Assembly: GCF_964355755.1 (NCBI RefSeq)
Contig: NC_092676.1
Span: 7,045,888 to 7,109,887 of the forward strand
Direction of reading: 5' to 3'
DNA length: 64,000 bases
Source of the DNA: Antedon mediterranea
Taxonomy: Eukaryota > Animalia > Echinodermata
Both the position numbers and the translations under genes were made by a program. The notes beneath the pieces are model-generated. The model saw nothing but the letters and a program-made list of their open reading frames with translations. It was not told where the DNA came from and did not search any database. This document shows, piece after piece, positions 1 through 9,000 of the stretch; within the stretch, counting starts at the first letter, position 1; each line of letters starts with the position of its first letter.

Positions 1-84
1 TCAACACTTTATTGTCTACTTTCTTTCTCAACCTCGTGTTTCAACCACCTGCCCTCAACGCCCACTCTAGTTCCCGTTACCACA
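1..84 (-). repeat. 3' LTR (partial, runs off the window)
   Basis: 84/84 match to 4192-4275; preceded on the minus strand by the PPT. Confidence 0.95.
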
Positions 85-3000
85 ATCTCCCCCTTGTAAC
101 AAATTACATTCTTCAACGTACCTACTAGGATTCCTTACTACTCTACCTGACCTAGTTCTATACGGAACTTGGTCTACATCTCTTTGTATGAATCTATCTA
201 CATTTACATGTTCTGGTTGTTCATTTTCAAAATCATCTATCAATACCTTATTCAATGGCGTCGCCCATTTCTTACAATCAGGGCTTACAATAGCCAGCCT
301 TTCAATATTATATGTTTTTCTATTACTCAACACAAAAGTCGCATTTCCCACCTTCTTAACTACTCGAAATGGCCCCATAAATGAACTACTACCCTTATGT
401 ACATATCCAGTTTTCTTTACCTTTACATGCATTCCTTCCTGTACAACAGGTAATTTTACACTGTTATGATTATCAAAATATTTCTTTTGTTTCTCTTGTT
501 TAACCCTTACTAGTTCTTTAAGTTTAGTTTTATCAACCACCACATCTGATGGCGGTGTCAATCCTTTTATATCTAACTGGTTTCTTAATTTTCGTCCATG
601 TAACAGCAGTGCTGGTTCCACCTCTGTTGTTGAGTGTGGAGTGTTTCTATATACAAATAAAAATGACTGTACATATTGTTTAACTTCTTTCCCTTCTAAT
701 GATGCAGTTTGTATTGTTTGTTTTAACACTTTGTTAAATCTTTCTACTGCCCCATTACTCTGTGGGTGATAAATAGCAGAATGCAAATGCCTAATATCCC
801 TTTGTTTCAGAAATTGTTTCATTTCGTAACTGACAAACTGAACTCCATGATCAGTTATCAATTCTAATGGGTAGCCCTCCCGAGCAAATACCCTCGACAG
901 AAAATCTATTACGACTTGTGTGGTAACTTTTGGTACAAAACATACCTCTGGCCACTTAGAATGGTAATCAATTAAAGTAATGGCAAATCTGCACTGGCTT
1001 GGTAGTAAGTCGCAGGGACCCACTATATCTAGTCCCAACTTTTCCCAGGGCATTGATGGGTATTCTATGGGTGTCATTGGAGCTTTTGAAATCTTTATCG
1101 TTTTATCATGTTCTATACACACAATGCAATGTTTAATTATATTTTCTACCTGGGTATCCATTCTTGGCCACCAATACAATTGCCTTAATCTTTTCTTAGT
1201 TCTCATTATCCCTTGGTGAGCCTCATGTGCCTTGTAAATTAAATGAACTGTTAGGGAGTCTGGTACCACCACCCTATCACCTCTGTAAACTCTATTTTCT
1301 AATACTATTAATTCCTCCCGTACTTTATAATATGGCAGTATGTTGCTATCCAACATATCTTTACTTTCTGGCCAACCAGACTCTATGTATTTAATCACTT
1401 TCTGTTGGGTTTCATCTTTATCTACCTCAGCCTTAAATTGTCCTAGGGTTATACAACACTCTTCTTCTATCTCTACTAAACATACCGCAGCAATGTCATT
1501 GTTCTGTTCCGAGGACCCCCCTTCATATTCCAATGGCAGACGAGATAATCCATCTGCCACAACATTATCAGAGCCTGGTTTGTATTCAACGGTGTAGTTA
1601 TAATTTAGCAGCCTTGCACCCCATCTAGCTATACGCATAGGTCTGTGGCCATTCCCACTGGATGCTAACAGTGTTGTCAGTGCTTTGTGATCGGTTCGTA
1701 GTATAAAATGTCTACCCCATAGGTACGTATGAAATTTCTCAATTGAGTACACACATGCCAAGGCTTCACGTTCGCCTGTGGAATATTTTCTTTCTGCACA
1801 TGTTAACTTTCTTGATGTGAAAGCTATGGTTACTTCCTTCCCTTCGATTAGCTGGGTGAGAACCGCCCCTATTCCATACCCCGACCCATCTGTCGTCACA
1901 ATTACTTCCCTTTCTGGGTCAAACAAGGCAAGGGCTGGACATGTCACAATGCTCTGCTTAATCAATGCAAATGCCCCACTGGCCCTTTCACTCCAGTCAA
2001 ATTCCTCCCCTAATTGAATATCCCTTAGTGGCTGTACAAGGGTTGCATAATTCTTGATAAATTTGGAATAGTATCCGGCTAAGCCCAGAAAGGATTTCAC
2101 CTGCTCTTTATTTTCTGGAACCGGAGCGCATTTTATTGCTTTAACTAATTCTGGGTTTGGGTGAAGCCCCTCTGAATCTAATACATGGCCCAAAATTTTA
2201 ACGCTAGTCACTCCAAACTCACACTTGTCATTGAGGCGCATTCCATACTCTTGAAGCCTATTGAGTACTGCCCTTAGAGCTGTATCATGGTCTGATTTAG
2301 TCCTGCCAAAAACAAAAATATCATCAATAAAGTACCCAATATTGGGAATTCCTTGCAGTATTATTGACATTAATTTTTGAAATGCGGTAGGAGCAGAAGC
2401 CAACCCAAAGCACACCTTTTTAAATCTGTACAAACCCTTGTGGGATACAAACGTTGTAAGGTCCCTACTATTTTCATGTAAATTTAACTGGTGATATGCA
2501 GACTTCAAATCTAATTTGCTAAACAATTTAGCACCTGACATGGTATCTAATAATTCATCAATTTTTGGTAAAGGGTGTTTTTCAATTACTATGGATTCAT
2601 TTACTTTTCTCAAATCCACACAAAGTCGTATTCCACCATTTTTCTTCCAAACAACTACTAATGGAGACACCCAATCGGTTGCCCCCTTAACCCTTTCAAT
2701 AACTCCTTCCTTCTCCAACCTATTCAACTCATTAGTAACTTTGTCCCGAACTGCCAGAGGCAGTCTTCTCAGTGCTTGCTGCACAGGTGGCACTTGGGAA
2801 TTAACCTTAACTGTATGCTCAAAACCTTTAATGTGTCCCAGATCAGAACCAAATAGATGGGGAAACTTATTTTTTACCCAACCCATATTGGTATCCTCAC
2901 CCTCACAGTTCTCAACTTTCATTGTCAAACATGACATAGTTGACCCATCAATTGTTAACGCTAGCCTTTGAATTAAATCTTTTCCCAAAATAGAACACCC

Positions 3001-4128
3001 TTGGTCTACTACTAAAAACTTTGCTGTAGCCATTTTTGACTTGTACTTAACCAATGCATTAAATTCCCCAACAATTTTAATTGTTTGTCTAGTATAAGTT
3101 AACAAATTAACTCCACTTGGGTACAGTGCTTCCTGCACAAAATGTCTTTGAAACAGTTTCATACTTAATAGGGATACATCTGACGCTGTATCAACAACAA
3201 AAGGTAGGTTCACATTATTCACACGAATAGTCACTGAAACATTTGTCTTCCTCATGCACTCACCATTAGCTTCTCCATCGAAACACTGCATAACATTTGC
3301 ATTACCAACTTCCCGACACATGCGCTGAAAGTGGCCTACTCTTGAACACTGACGGCATACTCGACTCCTTGCTGGACATTCATCAGAATTTGCCAGGTGG
3401 CGTTGTGACCCGCATCGAAAACATCGTCTTTTTCCTTCCCCATTAGGACCATTGTTACGGTAGCTCCTTTTGTTCACCTGTGTTTGTGCACACACTGGCA
3501 TTGGTACTGCATTGAGTTCATCAGGAATCTTTACCGCTATCCCCTCTATCGCTTTCCGTTCCTTCTCAGCTGCTTCGACCCTCTCTGCAATCTGAATAGC
3601 TTTGGTCAAGGTCAAGTCTTTCTCCATTAATAATCTTTCACGTACTCTTGTAGAGTTTGTTTTTTCTACAATCTGATCACGGATCATGTCGTCATGCAAC
3701 CCAGCAAACTGGCACGTACTTGCTAAGTGTTTAAGAGCTAAAACAAACGTTTGAACGTTCTCACCTGGTTCATGAGATCGGCTACGAAACTTGTACCTCT
3801 CCGCTACCACGTTAATTTTAGGTTCAAAATAGTCACCAAGTAATTGTAATGCTCTTGTAAATTCATCATTATCATCATCTGCTGCCTGCTGTGCACCTGG
3901 TATGGCAGCCGAAGTAGCCCTACTGTTCAAAACAGTGTAATAAATCCGTTGAGCTTCAGTACCTAACGACGCTATCAGGATAGCTTTGCGGCGGCCCGCC
4001 GACGCTCCCTCCAAGTCAGCAGCCGACAAGTAATTTTGAAATATTATTTTCCATGTTTTCCACTGAACAACGGGCGTGCCTGGAGATTCCAGAAATGGGT
4101 GTGGTTTACTCACTATGTTATAGTTCAT
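67..4128 (-). CDS. Gag-Pol polyprotein, 1353 aa, single uninterrupted ORF
   Basis: Two zinc knuckles (CFRCGSQRHLANSDEC, CRQCSRVGHFQRMC), protease VDTAS, RT (RLCVDLR, KLDLKSAYHQ, FIDD), RNase H (TTDGSGYGIGAVL, YSTGEREALA), integrase (HEAH...CIVC, LDIVG, TDHG, NGAVERFN) and a GPF motif. First ATG is at 4128; the track's 4155 start is a GTG inside the LTR. Confidence 0.95.
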   Translation of the reverse strand: MNYNIVSKPHPFLESPGTPVVQWKTWKIIFQNYLSAADLEGASAGRRKAILIASLGTEAQRIYYTVLNSRATSAAIPGAQQAADDDNDEFTRALQLLGDYFEPKINVVAERYKFRSRSHEPGENVQTFVLALKHLASTCQFAGLHDDMIRDQIVEKTNSTRVRERLLMEKDLTLTKAIQIAERVEAAEKERKAIEGIAVKIPDELNAVPMPVCAQTQVNKRSYRNNGPNGEGKRRCFRCGSQRHLANSDECPARSRVCRQCSRVGHFQRMCREVGNANVMQCFDGEANGECMRKTNVSVTIRVNNVNLPFVVDTASDVSLLSMKLFQRHFVQEALYPSGVNLLTYTRQTIKIVGEFNALVKYKSKMATAKFLVVDQGCSILGKDLIQRLALTIDGSTMSCLTMKVENCEGEDTNMGWVKNKFPHLFGSDLGHIKGFEHTVKVNSQVPPVQQALRRLPLAVRDKVTNELNRLEKEGVIERVKGATDWVSPLVVVWKKNGGIRLCVDLRKVNESIVIEKHPLPKIDELLDTMSGAKLFSKLDLKSAYHQLNLHENSRDLTTFVSHKGLYRFKKVCFGLASAPTAFQKLMSIILQGIPNIGYFIDDIFVFGRTKSDHDTALRAVLNRLQEYGMRLNDKCEFGVTSVKILGHVLDSEGLHPNPELVKAIKCAPVPENKEQVKSFLGLAGYYSKFIKNYATLVQPLRDIQLGEEFDWSERASGAFALIKQSIVTCPALALFDPEREVIVTTDGSGYGIGAVLTQLIEGKEVTIAFTSRKLTCAERKYSTGEREALACVYSIEKFHTYLWGRHFILRTDHKALTTLLASSGNGHRPMRIARWGARLLNYNYTVEYKPGSDNVVADGLSRLPLEYEGGSSEQNNDIAAVCLVEIEEECCITLGQFKAEVDKDETQQKVIKYIESGWPESKDMLDSNILPYYKVREELIVLENRVYRGDRVVVPDSLTVHLIYKAHEAHQGIMRTKKRLRQLYWWPRMDTQVENIIKHCIVCIEHDKTIKISKAPMTPIEYPSMPWEKLGLDIVGPCDLLPSQCRFAITLIDYHSKWPEVCFVPKVTTQVVIDFLSRVFAREGYPLELITDHGVQFVSYEMKQFLKQRDIRHLHSAIYHPQSNGAVERFNKVLKQTIQTASLEGKEVKQYVQSFLFVYRNTPHSTTEVEPALLLHGRKLRNQLDIKGLTPPSDVVVDKTKLKELVRVKQEKQKKYFDNHNSVKLPVVQEGMHVKVKKTGYVHKGSSSFMGPFRVVKKVGNATFVLSNRKTYNIERLAIVSPDCKKWATPLNKVLIDDFENEQPEHVNVDRFIQRDVDQVPYRTRSGRVVRNPSRYVEECNLLQGGDCGNGN
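86..95 (-). promoter_or_regulatory. Polypurine tract
   Basis: AAGGGGGAGA, 1 nt before the TG of the 3' LTR. Confidence 0.9.
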
Positions 4129-4139
4129 CCTCGTCGCCA
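4126..4139 (-). promoter_or_regulatory. Primer binding site, tRNA-Ser(GCU) type
   Basis: TGGCGACGAGGATG, 2 nt after the 5' LTR. Complementary to the 3' end CATCCTCGTCG-CCA that I recall for metazoan tRNA-Ser(GCU). Confidence 0.85.
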
Positions 4140-4141
4140 AT

Positions 4142-4275
4142 TGTAGTATCCACACAATTTAAATAAGAGCAAGAAAACACAGTCTTATGAATCAACACTT
4201 TATTGTCTACTTTCTTTCTCAACCTCGTGTTTCAACCACCTGCCCTCAACGCCCACTCTAGTTCCCGTTACCACA
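4142..4275 (-). repeat. 5' LTR, 134 bp
   Basis: Minus strand reads TGTGGTA...TACTACA (6/7 terminal inverted repeat) and contains AATAAA. Identical to 1-84 over the visible part. Confidence 0.95.
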
Positions 4276-4301
4276 GTTTCTATTATTTTAAAATGGGTCT
4301 A

Positions 4302-4578
4302 AGCTCTGATACACTATCACACTTTATGTGACCAAAAATAAAGTGTGATATGCCCATATATGGACACGATGACGTCATATCACTACCATATTTGGGCGTG
4401 TCAAACTTTTGTTATCAAACTAGTTTGATAGTGTAGAGAGAGCTTAAAGCTCTAATAAACTATCACATTTTATGTGAAAGAAAAAGTGATGTGCCCATAA
4501 TGGACGCGATGACGTCATATCCATACCATGTTTGGGCGCGTCACACTTTTTTTGTCAAACTAGTTTTATAGTGTAGCT
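4302..4578 (+). mobile_element. Two tandem copies of MITE family A (PIF/Harbinger-like): 4302-4444 and 4448-4578
   Basis: Termini approximate AGCTCTGTCTACACTATC / GATAGTGTAGACAGAGCT. Copies are separated by TAA. Family recurs at 20448, 32690, 34748, 37336 and 42986. Confidence 0.8.
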
Positions 4579-5171
4579 TGACTATACCGCTACTATCTTC
4601 ACAATGGGAAGTGTACTAATATTATAATACTGTGCGTCATTTTTAAAGTGCGTTGATAAAATTCAAAGGTTAGAGTTGAATTGCTTGATTAACAAGAAAT
4701 AAACATGCCTTTTCATTTATTGTCGCCCGCGGGTTCATTCTGATACCAGTCATTGTGTGTGTGTGTGAGTCGGATTTCAACAAATTGAGATATGTTTATC
4801 TCGTGCAACTAGTACTAAACGTTGGAAATTCGCGTAACCTTTATTTCTCTTGCTAGGAGCAATATTACGATCGAATCCAATAGCATCTCGCGTTTCTTTC
4901 CACATTTAAAGCGAAGTAAAAGGGTACTAAGGTCGAATGGGCCCGCAGGATCGCTCCTTCACATCCGTTAATAAAAGTTAACAAGATAATATTATAAGAA
5001 ATGATAATGAAACGCGAACATTTCGAGTGAGTTTTAAAAAAGAGGTTATATGGATTAAAATATAAATAATGAATATATGAATAACATATTATTACATTAT
5101 ACATTGCTCCCACAACGTCATCGATCAAAGAGAGTGGCTGCGACACAGATGTACACGGGGGTACAGAGTAC

Positions 5172-5271
5172 GGTTGGTATTATTTCTCGCATCCAGACAT
5201 AAGATCAAAGGAGTGTTATGAGTTTCTCTCTTTGCAAGGTGAGCTCAATATCCTGTTGATTGCCTTGTTTA
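5172..5271 (+). repeat. Fragment of MITE family C
   Basis: Reverse-complement homology to 40760-40860 (shared AGACATAAGATCAAAGGA...GCTCAAT.TCCTGTTG). Confidence 0.65.
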
Positions 5272-5821
5272 AACTAAATCACACCAATTAGGCTATAATA
5301 CTGTAGCCATGTGTCTAATACTAGCACATGTGGCCAAAAACCTTTAAGAAATTCCAATTTGGGGCGACTTTTATTGGACAGCATAGTTTTGGTATCGGTT
5401 CACCTGGTATTACGTCACGTCGCATAGTTGTGAATGTCATCGTTGACGCGCGAACGTCAAGTCGTGGAGAAGAAGTGTGAAAATAAAATCTTCTTTTGTC
5501 GTCAATCATCCTGAAATATGATTCAATATCATATTAATCTTGGAAAATATTTGTTTATGTTTATATGGCAGTTTAAACGGATGAAAAGTATCCGGTATTT
5601 TGATTTTACAAAGTGATTTACGTTTGTGTCCGCTAATTAGAACAGCCATTTTTAAAAAGATGCTAATGTGAGGCATAACTCTCTACAACCTAAATGGAAT
5701 ATATCTATATTGTGTTGCACTGGAAAGTCATTGTTTGTTGTCTGAATTTGCTCATGAAAACGAGTAAGGTGGATTTTCTCTACAATAAGGTGGTAGGCCT
5801 ACAGTACGCAAGAAGACCTAA

Positions 5822-6000
5822 AGCTTGGTTTCCACTAGAACGTAACGCAAGGACGTAAACGCAACGCAAGCGTTTTAACCAATGACAAGCGAAGTTATAG
5901 ACAGTTAGCAATCACAAGCGAATAAGCCATCGCTTGTGATTGGTCAATTCACTTGCGTTGCGTTACGTCCTTGCGTTGCGTCGCTAGTGGAAACCACGCT
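5822..6000 (+). mobile_element. MITE family B (PIF/Harbinger-like), 179 bp
   Basis: Long imperfect TIRs starting AGCTTGGTTTCCACTAG, TAA on both flanks, internal 13-bp hairpin. 176/179 identical to the inverted copy at 33183-33361. Confidence 0.9.
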
Positions 6001-9000
6001 TAACAGGAATGTTACAGACATGGTGAATTGTAAGTATTCAATGTAAATTACTGTTATTTCTTGTTCACTGTATATTTTTGTTGGTATTTTTTTTTATTTA
6101 CCGAGTTCTCATACAATCTCTCTTTAAGTACGTATATATAGAATTTGATGACATTATTGTTTTACCCACACGCCAAATAACGTGTCCCCCGAGGGGTTTT
6201 CTCTAATGTTGTTTGGTTGTAGTGTTCTCTTCGTCCGTCTAGTTTCATTACAGTATATACCTATACCGAGCCATATTATTTTTGAATAGGATTGTGTAGT
6301 ATGGATGATTCTTCCAGCGGGCCTACAACCGACTAGACCCTAATACAATTTATCAGTGGGCTCACCAACACTATTAAGTACCGAACAAAGTGTCCATTTT
6401 ATTGGGGTCCCCTGGGATAGGTTCGTCGTAGTATAAAACCATACCTGCATTCATTTCACGAACATTTGTCCCCTTAATACTGATACGGGAGTACCCATAT
6501 GAATGAGGTTCTGTTCGTTTGTCGAAAGTTTACTTTCACGAGCCTAGGAACATACACAGTAGGCATACGTCGTCACATTGGAACGTATCCAATTGGCTGT
6601 CAAATTTACGATCTGAACCCATGGATTATACATATCAAGTTACCTACTTAAATTGTCTGAACAAAATCATTACCTCAAAAAATCCAATCGTAATATACAG
6701 TCTATTATTCTACTTGTCGCTAGGTACAACCGTTTTATATTTTGTTTCGTTTATTGTAAAATTTAAAGAGCTCATTGCCGTGAAAAATGGTCGTTTTTAA
6801 CTCGTCAAGTACAGTTTTGGTGGGAAAGTTATTGCAGTCTTTCTATTTATAATGTTGTTATGTAGTCTGCTGGTTTGCGGCGACAACAATGTGGAATGTT
6901 TTATTTTTGTCGTGTTGGTTTAAACCGTGTTCACAAATTATTCCAAACCTATTTATCAGTTGCATTTGCTTTTTACGATCATAAGAATGTAAGAAGATTT
7001 AGTAATATGTTACGTATTCGCTACTGTATATAGATTAGGGAAGTAATCTACCAACTGAAATTAAATGTTCCCCAACAATTGCTACTTCATTCAAAGCTAT
7101 AAGATATCAATGTTTTTTTTTCACAAAACCAAAATTATTTTTTTCCCGATTTATTGTGTATTTATTAAGACAGGACCACAATGGTTTTCTTTTATCTGAT
7201 TGTGTTATCCTGCATTTAGATGTTGTTTTTTCATAAATGAAATAAGATATTTTCTATGGAGTTCTGTTTGTTGATGAAAATGTATTTTGTCTCGCTAATT
7301 CTATGGCTAAAGTTTCTTACATTTACATAAATATACAGTAGGCCTACATAAGACCTATATATTTTGTAATCGTCTTGTGTAGGGTATATTTATGGTTTAA
7401 CAACTCACTAAATGTATATATTTTGAACCGTAAACAATTCAAATATAATGAATAGTGTATTTCTTCTATAATGTCAGTTGAAGATACGGGCCATAAATTC
7501 AGTTCAACTTTATAGACTTTTATGATTACGTCTAGACCTCATGAAGCCCGTATCTACTCTTAATGTCTAGATATGTAATTCAAAAGTAAGCATGCCGATT
7601 TGCTTGATGGGTTAGAAATATGCTGAATTGTTTGTTCAACTGTTGAAAGTGACAGTCCCACGGGTGCTGGCGCATTCAGTTTTTCTTGCCTGCTAGCATA
7701 GTATGCTTGAAAGTTCGGCAGGTCACAGGAGTAAGTGGAGTCGAGGAGTTTAACAACACTCGACGTATTGAACAACCGAAAGAAAAGGCCTAGAATTCTG
7801 ACTGGATTTTCTAACCGAAATCACCATTCATGCTATTTTAAACGTTGGGACATTGTTTGGAGTTATATTATTTTGTATTGGAAAACTTTAGGTGAGTTAC
7901 GAATTGATAGTGCCTGCAGTAGATGATGATTTGAGACGGATCTTGTTATTTCATGAAATCTGGTCGCCAACTAGTTTTAACTCCACATAGGTGGAGGTAC
8001 TTATTTTTCTAAGTGTGTTAAAATTGTTCTTATTTTCGTTAATGCTTTCTATAATTTAAATTATCTTTCATAAAAAAGACGTATATAGACCTATTAGTGT
8101 TCATGTGTTTTCGTCATTTGTATTTTTCCTTAATTGTAAATCAATTTATTTTTGTTTGGGCATGTTCATTTATCCCCAAGTACATTGTAATCGTACCCTA
8201 AAGTTGCATATCCTCAGTTATGGGGGAAATGGCAGAATGATGAGCATTGTGGTCATGTTACAAGAGTTGTCAAACGGCCTATATAGATTATCTGATAAAA
8301 CAGTAAACTCCTACTAGAAAGTAGGAAGCATTTTGCCATTTTCCCCTGACTGTTCTGGGCTAGGCAGCCAGAGGAAAATGGCAAAAGCCTAGCTAGTCTA
8401 GGTCTACATCTATCCATCCGTTTTATGGTGGAATTTCTCCATGCTTTTGATTGCTTTGGTTTAGAAACTATCTCCATCATTTGTTTGCTCCCTTTGCGAT
8501 TTTGATCATACCATGCTGCTTTCAAATCTAATCTGTACTATTCAAATACCCGCCTTTTGCCAGAATAATAAGCAGCATATTGGTAATTAAGTATAAGCAA
8601 ATATATATACTTTTATAAGATAAGATAGTTTGCTTACGGACAACAGAAATTGATTGATCAAGTTCACTGTTGTCGCCTGTTCTTTTGCGTCATCTAATGT
8701 CATCACATTCTTTACCGCGTTTACTTTTTTTCACTCTTAATTACACCACAGACCTTTCCGGTGGATTGGAAATAAACATTTTGTAACCATTACCGTACAA
8801 TAGTCTCATTATAGAGGATTGTATACATAAACATGTCAAATACAGAGAATAAATTTGTTTGTGATTTTTGCATGGGACGGGTTTGGAAAGCGCTTAGGGG
8901 TCGAATTAGTTCGCTTGCTCGAGCTAGCCATATCCGTCATTTTCCTAATGCTAGAAAAACAAGGTAATTTGTCAACTCAGCAAGATCCCTTTGAGTTGCA

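Larger units (their letters stand above)
1..4275 (-). mobile_element. Ty3/Gypsy LTR retrotransposon (Mag-like), full length except the distal ~50 bp of the 3' LTR
   Basis: Direct repeats 1-84 and 4192-4275 are identical. TG...CA LTR, PBS, PPT and a single gag-pol ORF in PR-RT-RH-IN order. Confidence 0.97.

Noticed and set aside
169-2971. Plus-strand ORFs within the Gypsy element; possible env or chromodomain
   Set aside because: They are antisense shadows of pol with no motifs. There is no space for env, and I see no chromodomain after GPF.
4129-4155. Track start MWILQLATR for gag-pol
   Set aside because: It begins at a GTG within the LTR; the first ATG is at 4128.
7560-8525. Minus-strand ORFs 7560-7775 and 8253-8525
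   Set aside because: Non-ATG starts, no recognisable domain, and no phase-consistent exon chain found.
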